In this document: positions 18,798-28,951 of the stretch, piece after piece
Position numbering within the stretch: the stretch's first letter is position 1
Layout of the letters: the number at the start of each line of letters is the position of its first letter
Assembly (NCBI GenBank): GCA_964607415.1
Contig: CAZSKK010000001.1
Coordinates: 132,190-196,189 of the forward strand
Reading direction: 5' to 3'
Origin: an uncultured Candidatus Saccharibacteria bacterium
GTDB taxonomy: Bacteria; Patescibacteriota; Dojkabacteria; J137
Length of the DNA stretch: 64,000 nt
The notes under the pieces: model-generated
Told to the model about the DNA's origin: nothing
The model's database searches: none
Seen by the model: the letters and a program-made list of their open reading frames with translations, nothing else
Program-made: the position numbers and the translations under genes

Positions 18798-20009
18798 CGT
18801 CCCTCTGATTATAGTAAAATTATTGATATGAATCAAAGGATTTTACCAAAAAATGTGAAAATTTTGTTAGTAGGAGGTCATTTAACTCCTGCCTTATCTG
18901 TTTTAAAAGAGTTAAGAAGACGAGGTTACTCTAATTTTATCTGGGTTGGTGTTAAATATAATCAAGCTGGAAACAAAGAACTGTCGCAGGAATACAAGAT
19001 TATTCAATCTGAAAATATAAAATTCCTAAATCTAAAATCTGGCAAACTTATTAGAGCAATTGGACCTTCAAACTTTTTTTATGCAATCAAACAATTTTTC
19101 TTTCTTATTTTAGGTTTTATACAAGCATTTTTTATTGTTTTAAAGAATCGACCTAAAGTTATCCTTTCTTTTGGCGGATATCTTGCTGTGCCAATAGCAA
19201 TTTGGGGAAGAATCCTTGGAGTTAAAGTAATAACGCATGAACAAACAATGGCAATAGGGCTTGCAAACAAAATTATTGGAAAGTTTGCCAATAAAGTTCT
19301 TTTAAGCTGGGAAAGAAATCTTTCAGAATATTCAGCAAAAAAAGCTGTTTTGATTGGAAATCCTATTAGAAAAGAGCTTCTGGTAAAAGTTGAAAAGAAT
19401 ATTACGAAAGATTTAGACCCTAAGTTACCAACAATCTTAATTTGGGGAGGTAACCAAGGTGCAAATGAAATTAACAGGCGAATATTTCTAATTTTAAGTA
19501 GATTAATGATTGTAGCAAACGTAATTCATCAAACAGGAAATTCATCTGTTACTAAAGATTATCAAAAGGCTTTATCCATTAAAGAAGCGCTTCCTGAAAA
19601 TCAAATAAATAGATACATAGTTAAAGATTTTTTTAATACAGACGAAGTTTCTGAGGTTTTACAAAATTCTGATTTGTTATTTAATAGAGCCGGGGCAAAC
19701 ACAATTACCGAAATTCTGGCTTTAGGCAAACTTACTATAATTATGCCAATCCCTTGGGTTTCGGGAAATGAGCAATTTTTAAATGCAAAGGTTGTTGAAG
19801 AAACTGGCTTAGGTTTTATTCTTGAGCAAAAAGATAATTTAAGCCACGAAACTGTTTATCAAACAATTCTTTTAGGCTTAAATCAAGCAAAACAGCATAA
19901 AGGTTTTAACAATAAGGATTTGGATGAGTGTAAAGAATTGGCATCTAAAATGATTAATCTAGATGCACCAAATTTGTTTGTGGATGAAATGGAAAAGCTT
20001 TTAGCGTAA
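18792..20009 (+). CDS. murG: Undecaprenyldiphospho-muramoylpentapeptide beta-N-acetylglucosaminyltransferase MurG
   Basis: ILLVGGHLTPALSV (GGTGGH-like motif), GGNQGA (GGSQGA motif) and GT28 N- and C-domain layout. True start probably the internal MNQRIL. Confidence 0.7.
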   Translation: MLRPSDYSKIIDMNQRILPKNVKILLVGGHLTPALSVLKELRRRGYSNFIWVGVKYNQAGNKELSQEYKIIQSENIKFLNLKSGKLIRAIGPSNFFYAIKQFFFLILGFIQAFFIVLKNRPKVILSFGGYLAVPIAIWGRILGVKVITHEQTMAIGLANKIIGKFANKVLLSWERNLSEYSAKKAVLIGNPIRKELLVKVEKNITKDLDPKLPTILIWGGNQGANEINRRIFLILSRLMIVANVIHQTGNSSVTKDYQKALSIKEALPENQINRYIVKDFFNTDEVSEVLQNSDLLFNRAGANTITEILALGKLTIIMPIPWVSGNEQFLNAKVVEETGLGFILEQKDNLSHETVYQTILLGLNQAKQHKGFNNKDLDECKELASKMINLDAPNLFVDEMEKLLA

Positions 20010-20168
20010 GACGTTACAAGTTAGATGTAAGACGAGAATTAAAATTATCAATATACAATTAAAAAAATTTTGCAAAATTAAAACTCGAAGTAATTGGAAA
20101 TTGTAAATTCTTTAAATTGTTAATTTTCAGATCCCTGATCTCTAATCTCCAATAGCTAATCTCTAGTC

Positions 20169-21572
20169 TCAATCATCCAACCTCATATAGTGCTTATAAA
20201 TCTTACTCTTTTCAAATTCTCCAATAATTTCTTTTTTCTCGTAAGGAGATTCAAACCAAATATGTGCAGGTTTTTCAATATAAAAGCTTTGAAAATATTT
20301 TTTTACTTCCTCAATTGTTAACAACTTAGCAAATTTTACAGCCTCTTCGTACATATATTTATAAGACTTTTCTTCGGTTAGTGCATCTGTTGAAATATTT
20401 GATGAATAGTTAGGATCGTAGCTAATACTTCTTGTGAATATATATTTACTAATTTCACTTTCAAACCATTTAACGCCCTGCTCTGTATCTAGAAACTTAA
20501 TACATTCAGATGTAAGTAAATTATAAAGATGCTCCAACACATCCTCTAAATTTTTCTTTTCAAAAGTCATATAAAAGCCCTTGTTATAATTACTCCACCC
20601 TGCTTGAATCCATAATGACTGACTTGCATATATTAAGCCTTTTTGCTCTCTTAAAACCCTAAAACTCTGGTAGTTCATTAGTGCAACAACCAAATGGAAA
20701 AATACATTATTTTTGTATTCTGGTTCTTTTTCCATCTGGTCAAAGAAACTAATAGTTAACTCAACTCCCTTAGCTTCGTCATCCTTAAAATGATCATATT
20801 TGAATTTATTTTTGATAATCATTGGCTTATATCTGACACCTTTTTTACCTGCAGGTATAATATCTACAAATTCTGAGATGCTATCAATTAGCTTAGGAGA
20901 AGGTTTTTTATTAGTTTGGACAGCAATTATGCAGTTTTTTTGATGAACAATGTTGTCTTTGTATTTAATTAAATCATCAACTGTAATTTTCCCAATGCTT
21001 TCTTCAGTTCCAATTACTCTTCTATTAAAGCCTTTGTAGTTATCTTCAAAAATAAATCTTAAGTATGCAAGTTGTGGATCTTTTTCTTCTTTCTTTTTTT
21101 GATTTAATTCTGCAAGTACAATTCCTTTCTCCGTTTCCAGAAACTCAGCAAATCGTTCAACAGGATAATCCATTACATATTTTAAAAGCTCTAAACATCT
21201 TAAAGCTCCTTTTGGATGGCTTGTAGCATAGAAATTTAACATTTTATTGCCCGTCCAAGCGTTAGGGTAAATTTTTGGTTTATTTCTGTTTCCAAACTCA
21301 AAAGCCCTCTGCTCTTCTCTAGTTTTTAAAACTTTATTAGGATTCATTAACATGTGCTCCATTAAATGAGCAGTACCGGCAGGAACCCCAACTTGGTCTT
21401 CAAAATAATTCCCTCCTTTGAAAAGTATATTTACATCAAAATCTTGAATGTCTTTTTTTACTGAAATTAGAAGTTTAAGGCCAGTTGAAAGCTTAAATAA
21501 ATGATTTTGGGCTTTGTAACGGCTGTCATCCCAAGTATCGAGTAGCGTTAGGGATTTTGTTAGTTTAGTCAT
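20169..21572 (-). CDS. M16-family (pitrilysin-like) zinc peptidase
   Basis: GTAHLMEHMLM contains the inverted zinc-binding motif HxxEH. Confidence 0.65.
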   Translation of the reverse strand: MTKLTKSLTLLDTWDDSRYKAQNHLFKLSTGLKLLISVKKDIQDFDVNILFKGGNYFEDQVGVPAGTAHLMEHMLMNPNKVLKTREEQRAFEFGNRNKPKIYPNAWTGNKMLNFYATSHPKGALRCLELLKYVMDYPVERFAEFLETEKGIVLAELNQKKKEEKDPQLAYLRFIFEDNYKGFNRRVIGTEESIGKITVDDLIKYKDNIVHQKNCIIAVQTNKKPSPKLIDSISEFVDIIPAGKKGVRYKPMIIKNKFKYDHFKDDEAKGVELTISFFDQMEKEPEYKNNVFFHLVVALMNYQSFRVLREQKGLIYASQSLWIQAGWSNYNKGFYMTFEKKNLEDVLEHLYNLLTSECIKFLDTEQGVKWFESEISKYIFTRSISYDPNYSSNISTDALTEEKSYKYMYEEAVKFAKLLTIEEVKKYFQSFYIEKPAHIWFESPYEKKEIIGEFEKSKIYKHYMRLDD

Positions 21573-21768
21573 AAGATTCAGGAATAGGTTCAGTTAATTA
21601 AGTTAACTAGTTGACAGTTAGTTTGTATCCAAGGCTAATTAACTACAAACCAATTAACAAATTGACTTTAATGAAAACTATTTATAATTACAAATTGCGT
21701 AGTTTTGTTATTTTATCAATATTTCGACAAGCCCAATATGACAAAATAGCATTGCTTTGACCTCAAAC

Positions 21769-23658
21769 CTATTGCTTCGTTATATCCAATTGGTCTCCTT
21801 GGGGATTATTTTGCTGCATTGCAAGTAACTCTGTAGGATTTGTTGTAATCAAGTTATGTTCGTTTTCACTTGCTACAACTTGAATTGCCACATGATTTGC
21901 TCCTGCAAAAAATAATCCTTGTCCAACTCCAGCTGAAAGTAAAAATGATTTTTCTCCTTCAGTTAAATAAAACACCTTTTGAAGTTTATCAATTGCTGCT
22001 GGTGATTGTTTTAAAAGTAGTTGCATTGAAGCGTTGTTTACTATTGCTTTCCCAAAGTCAGAGCTTAAAAAATCGTCTACATCTTGCGTAATTGTTGTTA
22101 AACCTAAAGCATATTTTCTAGCTCTTTTTGCTATTGAATAAACAAATCTTGCAGCATCCTCGTACTGCATCATAATCCAGGCTTCATCGATTATTAATAA
22201 TCTTTTTCTTTTATCTCTTTTAATTTTATTCCAAATGTAGTCAAGCATTACGTACATAGCCATAGGACGAAGGTCATCAGTTAGATCTCTAATGCTAAAG
22301 ACTGTAAATGTATTGTGAATGTCAACTGTGGATCTTCTATCAAATACTCCTGAGGCTGAACCTTTAAGATACTTTTCTAACCTTCTAGCCATGGAATGAG
22401 CTTCTTCCTCTGCCATTGCATTTAGAATTTTATACAAATCTTCAAGCAAAGGTGGTTCATTGCCGTGAGTCGATGGATCAGGCGTGATTCCTTTTTCTTT
22501 ATAGGTAAGAATCAAGGCTCTATCCATAATTGCATCTTCTTCTGGCGATATTCCGCCTAGCATAATTTTAATTAATCCCTTTAAAGAAAGAATTTTAAAT
22601 CTCAATTCGTCTTCATCTGGAGAGTATATACCTGACAATTCAAACGGATTTAGTTTTTGCGCTCCATCTTGTGAAAATGAGATGTACTCTCCTCCTACTG
22701 CTGCGCAAAGTCGATCAAATTCTTTTTCTGGATCTATGATCATTATATCTAACCCTAGCATTAAGGATCTTACCGCTTCAAGCTTAACTGAGTAGGATTT
22801 ACCAGCACCAGATGTTGCCAGGACTACTGAATTCGCATTTGGCAGTGAAAATCGGTCAAAAATAACTAAAGAGTTGTTGTGAAGATTTAATCCATATAGA
22901 ACACCTTTTTCTTGTGTCAACTCGCTACTAACAAATGGAAAGGTTGTTGCAATAGCAGTTGTATCAAGGTTTCTTAGCATCTGAATTTTATCAATTCCGT
23001 ATGGAATACAACTTTGGAAACATTCTTCCTGCTGAAGTGTTGCAACTTTTATAATTACACCCATTGCTGCCATTGTAGATTCGAGATTTTTTGCAATCTT
23101 TTCTAATTCATCTAAAGTGTCAGCATGTACAGTAATGTATAAAGCATATTGAAAAAACTTTTCATTACCTGATGCGAGTTGGCTTTGCAATTTTAATGCA
23201 TCTTCTAGTTGAACCTTTGTGATTGGATCAGCTTGTTGGCCAGATTGGACCTGAATATTCATTGTAGCTTGCATTTCTGCAATCTTTCGTTTCAAAATTT
23301 TTAGAATATCACCTGTATCTCTTGGATAATAGAAAGTACTAATATCAACAGCATATTCAAAGTTAATTAAAGGTTCTAGCCAACTTGGAGTTACAACGCT
23401 TGGATAACCAACTGCAAAGTATGATCTAAAAAACTTATGACCAATTGCCAGATTATTAAAGTTAATTTCTATTGCAGATGGTGCAATGATATCTTTAACA
23501 TCTAAAAGTCCTTGCGCAAATTTAGTTACTATTTGCTGCTCTCGTGCCAAAGCTTCTGCTTCTTTGCTTGATACAGGAACCATAGCATTAGGTTGTGCTG
23601 GCAATATACTTTTATTTGATTGTTGATTTGCTTTTTTGCCAAAGCCTAAAATTGCCAT
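21769..23658 (-). CDS. VirB4/TraC-like type IV secretion ATPase
   Basis: VLATSGAGKSYS Walker A and LLIIDEAW Walker B. N-terminal domain pattern (IAPSAIEINFNNLAIGHKFFRSYFAVGYP) typical of VirB4/CagE/TrbE. Confidence 0.65.
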   Translation of the reverse strand: MAILGFGKKANQQSNKSILPAQPNAMVPVSSKEAEALAREQQIVTKFAQGLLDVKDIIAPSAIEINFNNLAIGHKFFRSYFAVGYPSVVTPSWLEPLINFEYAVDISTFYYPRDTGDILKILKRKIAEMQATMNIQVQSGQQADPITKVQLEDALKLQSQLASGNEKFFQYALYITVHADTLDELEKIAKNLESTMAAMGVIIKVATLQQEECFQSCIPYGIDKIQMLRNLDTTAIATTFPFVSSELTQEKGVLYGLNLHNNSLVIFDRFSLPNANSVVLATSGAGKSYSVKLEAVRSLMLGLDIMIIDPEKEFDRLCAAVGGEYISFSQDGAQKLNPFELSGIYSPDEDELRFKILSLKGLIKIMLGGISPEEDAIMDRALILTYKEKGITPDPSTHGNEPPLLEDLYKILNAMAEEEAHSMARRLEKYLKGSASGVFDRRSTVDIHNTFTVFSIRDLTDDLRPMAMYVMLDYIWNKIKRDKRKRLLIIDEAWIMMQYEDAARFVYSIAKRARKYALGLTTITQDVDDFLSSDFGKAIVNNASMQLLLKQSPAAIDKLQKVFYLTEGEKSFLLSAGVGQGLFFAGANHVAIQVVASENEHNLITTNPTELLAMQQNNPQGDQLDITKQ

Positions 23659-23755
23659 AAATTAAAAATGTTGATATAGATTATTGATTTAAAATAGAAT
23701 TAAGATTCATAATTTCTCAGTCGCTCCGTGCCATCTCCTTCGAAAATGCTCGTTG

Positions 23756-24433
23756 TTACTCGCTTCTTCCAATTAGCCCTTGTTCTATATCTTGTTCCCT
23801 TATGTTCAAAACATCCAAGCCCGATTTATCTGGTTCATACACAGAATAGTATAATTTTATTAATTCATCATTTGTTAACTGCTTGGCAGCAACACCCATG
23901 TTTCCAAATTGTGTAATAATGTGATCTCTTTTAGGATATAGTTCCTCTTTAGCTTTTTTTAGTAGTTCATTGATATTTACTATTTTTTTCTGTTTACCGA
24001 AAATCTGTTTAACCCAGCTATTAAGTACAACTGGGAGCTCTGCTGATGGAATTACAGTATAGAATCGTTTATCTAAAATCTGTGTTGATTGAGTGAGATT
24101 GGTAATGAAGTCTTGATAAATAGTAACTTGATTAATTATAGATTCGCTAGTGGTTTTCCTTTTGTATGCTTCTAACAGTTTTAAATACTTAGCAATGTCT
24201 GTTCTTTGCGTTCTGATAACAATCTGAATGGGGAATCTTATAGAATTTAAAAATGCTGCAAATGAATAAATTCTAGCATCTTGTTCTTGTGAATCAAGCA
24301 AGTCAAAATTTAAAGAAGTAGTTTCTATTACAACTGCAACTTTACCGTTTTTCAAAATTACAAGATCGTCACGAATATCCTCTATGTCAAGGTGATCTTG
24401 AGTACTCATTTTTTTAGGATCAAAAATACCCAT
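23756..24433 (-). CDS. Hypothetical soluble protein upstream of VirB4-like gene (resembles VirB4 N-terminal region)
   Basis: VILKNGKVAVVIETTSLNFDLLDSQEQDARIYSFAAFLNSIRFPIQIV resembles the start of VirB4 N-domains. No TM helix, no ATPase motifs. Confidence 0.3.
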   Translation of the reverse strand: MGIFDPKKMSTQDHLDIEDIRDDLVILKNGKVAVVIETTSLNFDLLDSQEQDARIYSFAAFLNSIRFPIQIVIRTQRTDIAKYLKLLEAYKRKTTSESIINQVTIYQDFITNLTQSTQILDKRFYTVIPSAELPVVLNSWVKQIFGKQKKIVNINELLKKAKEELYPKRDHIITQFGNMGVAAKQLTNDELIKLYYSVYEPDKSGLDVLNIREQDIEQGLIGRSE

Positions 24434-24635
24434 CAGCAGAAATGATAAATAACAAATAACGAATGTCGAATGAATACCTAATTCCTAAATACCAAATTAA
24501 TATTAAAAATTGGTATTGCATTAGTTATTCGTCATTCTCAATATATATTACATGACTTAAAATGTTTTTGCTAGTATCCAGGGAAAGTGTTAAAATTCCG
24601 AAAAGTATATCCCTTAAGTTAGTTAACTTTTGTAA

Positions 24636-25034
24636 ATGATGCCAGATTGTGGTATCATATATAGTATGAATATATTTGATTTTTTTCAAAATAGAAGTGA
24701 GAAAAATGAAAGTTCAACTGTTGGACAAGTTGAATGTACATCAGAAACTTTAAGTAATATGGCTGTAGGTCTTATGCAAAGCATGGGAATGACTAACCCG
24801 TCTTCGTTGAAGGCGCACGCAGCAAAGGCTATTACTATCACGAAAAAAGGCGAAAAATATTTAATTACACTAAATGCGTTTAAACCTCCGGTTACTATTG
24901 AATGGACTAATACAATGGATATTAACCAACTGGCAGAGTTACTTCTAAATCTTGCCAATACAAATAAAAAAGTTGGTTATGTAAACTTCCTAACTCAAAA
25001 TGGAAGAAGAATGTTTCAAATTGCAATAGGGTAA
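24636..25034 (+). CDS. Hypothetical protein
   Basis: ORF only. Confidence 0.25.
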   Translation: MMPDCGIIYSMNIFDFFQNRSEKNESSTVGQVECTSETLSNMAVGLMQSMGMTNPSSLKAHAAKAITITKKGEKYLITLNAFKPPVTIEWTNTMDINQLAELLLNLANTNKKVGYVNFLTQNGRRMFQIAIG

Positions 25035-25099
25035 CGGTTAATTAGTAATCAGTGGTTGGTTAATTGGTAAAACTGATTAACCCTTGACCATTTCACTAA

Positions 25100-26368
25100 T
25101 TAACTTTTGAGTACTGCTACACTCTCCATATGATAAGTGTGTGGAAACAAGTCAAAAATTCTTAAGTTTTTTAATTTATACACTTTCAAAAGCTCCTCTA
25201 AATTATTTTTTTGTGTTACTGGATTACAAGAAATATAAACTAAATTTTCTGGTTTTAAATTTAGAATAAGCTCAATTGTCTGTTTGTCTAATCCTGTACG
25301 TGGCGGATCTACAATTAAAAGAGAATTTTCAGGTTCAAAATTTTCAATTTTTAAGTTTTTAGAATCTCCAAACTGATAAGAAGCTTTAGTCTGCAAAGCA
25401 TTTAACGAAATATTCAAATTTGCTAATTTTATATTCTCTTCATTATTGTCAATTCCAAGAATACTTTCGCAAATGTCGCTTAATGAAATTCCGATTGTAC
25501 CAACGCCACAATACAAATCCAATAAATTTTCAATTTTCGAGTGTCTATAATTTTCAAACACGTATTCTAGAATCTTTTGAAAAGCATTAATGTTATTTTG
25601 AAAAAAGCTATTAGGACCAACCAAAAAGCTTTTATTAAACGGTGTATTAAAATCAATCGTAATATACTCATCACCATAAAATTTAATTGTTTCACCAAAA
25701 GATCTATCACCAATAGATTCTTGCTTTACCCAATAGACCGATTTAAAGCCTAACTCTAGAGCATTCTTTGCAACTTCATCAATAATATTTTGATTATCGT
25801 TTGTTCTGGTTACAATGTTTAGCATTGCAGTATTGTTATGAATTTTTAGAACTAAGTACCTAAGCTCACCAAGATGTGTTTTTAGATCGTAAGACTTTAA
25901 ACCTTTATGTGTAAGAATTTTAAAGACATCTCTTGTTTTCTTAAACCAAATTTGAGGTACTAAATTAAATTCATCTAAATCAACTACCCAATTAAAACTT
26001 CCTTTCTTTCTTTGACCGAATCTTGTGTTAGGTTCAAATTTAGGATTAAAACTACAAACAAATTCAGTTTTAAAACGATATTCAAAAGTTTCAGATGAAG
26101 GTGTAATTTCAAGGTTGTCCAATATCTTTTCATCTATAAGTTCTGAAAACAAATTTTTACAAGCGTTTAATTTTACTTCCAGTTGATTTTCATAATGAAT
26201 ATCTTCAGTTAATGTTGATCCAATTTGTCCAAAAAATTTTGATGTATTAGGATGATAAATGTTTGCAGATCTTAATTTATTGAACTCGATTTGAAAGTAA
26301 GAATCTAGTTCTTTATTAGTGGAAATTTTCATTTTAGTCAGTTGGCGATGAAAGAGGCGTATCCTCAT
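25100..26368 (-). CDS. rlmD: 23S rRNA (uracil-C5)-methyltransferase RlmD/RumA (TrmA family)
   Basis: DLYCGVGTIGISL (motif I), VDPPRTG (motif IV), and C-terminal SCNPVT and FDLFPHTYHMESV, the TrmA/RumA signatures. Confidence 0.75.
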   Translation of the reverse strand: MRIRLFHRQLTKMKISTNKELDSYFQIEFNKLRSANIYHPNTSKFFGQIGSTLTEDIHYENQLEVKLNACKNLFSELIDEKILDNLEITPSSETFEYRFKTEFVCSFNPKFEPNTRFGQRKKGSFNWVVDLDEFNLVPQIWFKKTRDVFKILTHKGLKSYDLKTHLGELRYLVLKIHNNTAMLNIVTRTNDNQNIIDEVAKNALELGFKSVYWVKQESIGDRSFGETIKFYGDEYITIDFNTPFNKSFLVGPNSFFQNNINAFQKILEYVFENYRHSKIENLLDLYCGVGTIGISLSDICESILGIDNNEENIKLANLNISLNALQTKASYQFGDSKNLKIENFEPENSLLIVDPPRTGLDKQTIELILNLKPENLVYISCNPVTQKNNLEELLKVYKLKNLRIFDLFPHTYHMESVAVLKS

Positions 26369-26591
26369 CTACAGGTAAAGATACAACTTCCTGTTCTTCC
26401 TGAATAGTTTCAGTCTCATTTTTATCCAGAAGAGCAGTATCTTGATAGATGTAGATTACGATTAACATTACTAAAACCATTATAATTACAAAGATACTAA
26501 ATGGAATTATGTATTTACTTGATTTTGAATGCATATATTTTAAGCTATTTCCATTTGCTTCTCCTTTAGGATGAGAATGCATATTATGCAT
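26334..26591 (-). CDS. Small membrane protein (hypothetical)
   Basis: Single TM helix (FSIFVIIMVLVMLIVIYIY). Confidence 0.3.
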   Translation of the reverse strand: MHNMHSHPKGEANGNSLKYMHSKSSKYIIPFSIFVIIMVLVMLIVIYIYQDTALLDKNETETIQEEQEVVSLPVDEDTPLSSPTD

Positions 26592-26663
26592 TCGAGTGCA
26601 GTTAATTGAGGCACTCCCTTCAGAATTGCATGAGGTAAATTAATGTAAAATGTAAAATGCAAA

Positions 26664-26702
26664 GTGTCATGATGTTAGTGAGACACTAAATCATCATGAC
26701 AC
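26664..26702. promoter_or_regulatory. Nested inverted repeat GTGTCATGATG-N17-CATCATGACAC with inner TTAGTG/CACTAA palindrome
   Basis: Perfect 11-bp arms, read directly. Between two co-directional minus-strand genes (terminator or operator). Confidence 0.5.
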
Positions 26703-26723
26703 TATTTTATCTATCTTTCAAGA

Positions 26724-27563
26724 TTAGTTTGCTTTCTCAAGCTGAGCTTTAATTTCCTGCTCAAATACTGAGTAAGGTTGAGCACCAGCAATATTTACAC
26801 CTGTAACTGATCCGTCGTCTTTATTAAATACTCCTATTATAAATCCAGGTGTTCCAGTAACTCCAGCTTTCGATCCATCTGATGTATCATTTGTAATATC
26901 ATCGCTAAATCTCTCTTCTTCAAGACATTTTTCAAAATCTGACTTATTTACTCCAATATCACTAGCCATTGTTGCTAAGGCACTCGCTCCTCCTACACCT
27001 GCTCCATTTGTTGCAGTTTTTTCAAAATATTTATCTACAAATTCAAAATATGCAGAATCACCTTTAAGATCCTTTACACATTCAGCTGCATTTGCTGATA
27101 AACTTGCTGCTGGTTCGTGAAAGCTTAAAGGAAAATCTCTAATTACGTAAATAGCATCACCGCTTTCTACATAATTTTTTACTATGTCAGGGTATGTTTG
27201 CTGGTGGTGTCTTTGGCAGAATGGACATTCAAAATCTGTAAATTCTACAATTGCAATTTTGGCCTTATTAATATCCCCTAAAACTGCATCATTATCAATA
27301 TTTGTTGTACCAGTTGGGTTCGCAGCTGTTGGATTGGTATCTATAGTATCTAGTGTATCATTATCATTGGAATCATTGCTTATTGTAATTTCGCCCGAGA
27401 TACTTTTTGAAAGTTTATTTATACTAATCAAAAAACTAGTTGAAAAAATCAAAGTTGAAAGGATTATTGCAAAAGGCATAATGAAGCTTTCAAGGTTAAT
27501 GTTAATAACCTGTTCTTCTTTTGCAGCTTTTGCTGCAGTTACACTTTTTTTAGTTGTCGCCAT
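26724..27563 (-). CDS. DsbA-like thiol-disulfide oxidoreductase, membrane anchored
   Basis: N-terminal TM segment. FTDFECPFCQRHH contains the CPFC thioredoxin-fold motif of the DsbA/BdbD family. Confidence 0.65.
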   Translation of the reverse strand: MATTKKSVTAAKAAKEEQVININLESFIMPFAIILSTLIFSTSFLISINKLSKSISGEITISNDSNDNDTLDTIDTNPTAANPTGTTNIDNDAVLGDINKAKIAIVEFTDFECPFCQRHHQQTYPDIVKNYVESGDAIYVIRDFPLSFHEPAASLSANAAECVKDLKGDSAYFEFVDKYFEKTATNGAGVGGASALATMASDIGVNKSDFEKCLEEERFSDDITNDTSDGSKAGVTGTPGFIIGVFNKDDGSVTGVNIAGAQPYSVFEQEIKAQLEKAN

Positions 27564-27720
27564 AAATAAAAAAGATTAAAGATTAAAGATTACAAATCAA
27601 AATATTAATTAAAGATTCATGATTCAAGAATCAAGTAAGTAATAAAATTGTAATATAGTAATTCATTGTAGAACAATTGCATTACTATTTATTACTATGA
27701 ATAACGAAATTACTGAACGT

Positions 27721-28287
27721 TTAATTCGAGCTTTTTAGTTTTTTAACAATATTAAGCGATTTAACATTAACTATTACGTATGATACCAGAAAAATCGCAG
27801 GTACAATTAATAAATTACCGACCAACTGAATTTTTAAAAACGGCAATCCGTTAATATAGCTTTGCACTAAGCCATTAAAATCTTTTGAATACATATTTGT
27901 AGTTACTACAACTCCAAAATTTGTCCACAAAAAGAATAACAATGTTGATACTATAGCGGCCAGCTGTGAAAACCCTGTGAATTTTAATACAGAATTTGTA
28001 AAATTTTTAAACCGTCCAGACTTCATAGCTACTCCGGCTAAAAAGCTTACTAAAAATCCTGTCCAAGTGAAAATATAGATATTTGTATTTCCTATTATTA
28101 AGTCAGATCCAAACATAATAAAAACTGGGATTAAAACTGAGTAAGTATTTTTTCTAAAAAAGAATCCTGCCGACAGACTACAAGCAGTAACAAATTCCAG
28201 ATTAGGCTTTATATGAAATATGGTTCTTGTCGTAATTCCCAAGATTATTAAAATTAAAGCAAGTATTAAATAATTGTATTTTCGCAT
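27721..28287 (-). CDS. Small polytopic (5-6 TM) membrane protein, candidate ECF-type S component
   Basis: 188 aa with 5-6 predicted TM helices. Second gene of the operon behind the riboswitch-like leader. Family assignment is inference only. Confidence 0.3.
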   Translation of the reverse strand: MRKYNYLILALILIILGITTRTIFHIKPNLEFVTACSLSAGFFFRKNTYSVLIPVFIMFGSDLIIGNTNIYIFTWTGFLVSFLAGVAMKSGRFKNFTNSVLKFTGFSQLAAIVSTLLFFLWTNFGVVVTTNMYSKDFNGLVQSYINGLPFLKIQLVGNLLIVPAIFLVSYVIVNVKSLNIVKKLKSSN

Positions 28288-28377
28288 AGACTTATTTGTT
28301 AAGTAATAAAAGGCTTATAGCAGATAGCTCATAGCTTGGTTTTCTATTTGCTATTCGCTATAAGCTATGTGCTAATC

Positions 28378-28842
28378 TTAATTAAATTTTGTAAGTACAA
28401 AAGTAATCTTATCCCCAGGTTGAACTTTATAATCACTTACCCCAACTGAGCTTTCTGTACCATTGATTTGTAAGCTAAAGAATTCAGTGTTGGAATCTGC
28501 AGTGGTTCCATATAAAGAAGTTACAAATGCGCCAAAATCATACTGTGTGTATTCTAATTTAAAAGTAGAGCTTTCAGAATTATATCTTTTTAAGGTTTCA
28601 ATTAATAGCTCATCTTTTATTATGCTTGGGTTAGCAACACTTTGAGTGCCATTTATATTAACTTCTAGCTGAACATAATCGGCTAAGTAGCTTACAGGTT
28701 GGCTTACTACAAATCCAACATCATCTGAAGTATTTTTAGTATTGTCATCTTTAATAAAAAGAATCCAAACACTCGCAATTGCTATACTTAAGATAACAAC
28801 GGCTAATAAGCCTGATAGGACTTTGACTCGAACGTTATTCAT
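28378..28842 (-). CDS. Exported/N-terminally anchored beta-rich protein (possible substrate-capture protein)
   Basis: N-terminal TM/signal (LLAVVILSIAIASVWILF) and a 120-aa beta-rich domain. First gene after the leader RNA. Confidence 0.35.
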   Translation of the reverse strand: MNNVRVKVLSGLLAVVILSIAIASVWILFIKDDNTKNTSDDVGFVVSQPVSYLADYVQLEVNINGTQSVANPSIIKDELLIETLKRYNSESSTFKLEYTQYDFGAFVTSLYGTTADSNTEFFSLQINGTESSVGVSDYKVQPGDKITFVLTKFN

Positions 28843-28951
28843 AGAAACAAATTAAAAAGTAAATTGAGCTAGCTCCGAGCTTCGAGTCTTCAGCTTTGAA
28901 TTATAAATTGATGGTTTCTCGTAGCTCGCGACTCATGGCTGGTAGCTTCTA

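Noticed and set aside
18792-18830. murG start at 18792 as given by the ORF track
   Set aside because: The first 12 codons overlap the hairpin repeat copy 3 and begin with a non-ATG codon. The internal Met near 18829 (MNQRIL..) is the more likely start. Coordinate kept from the ORF track for consistency.
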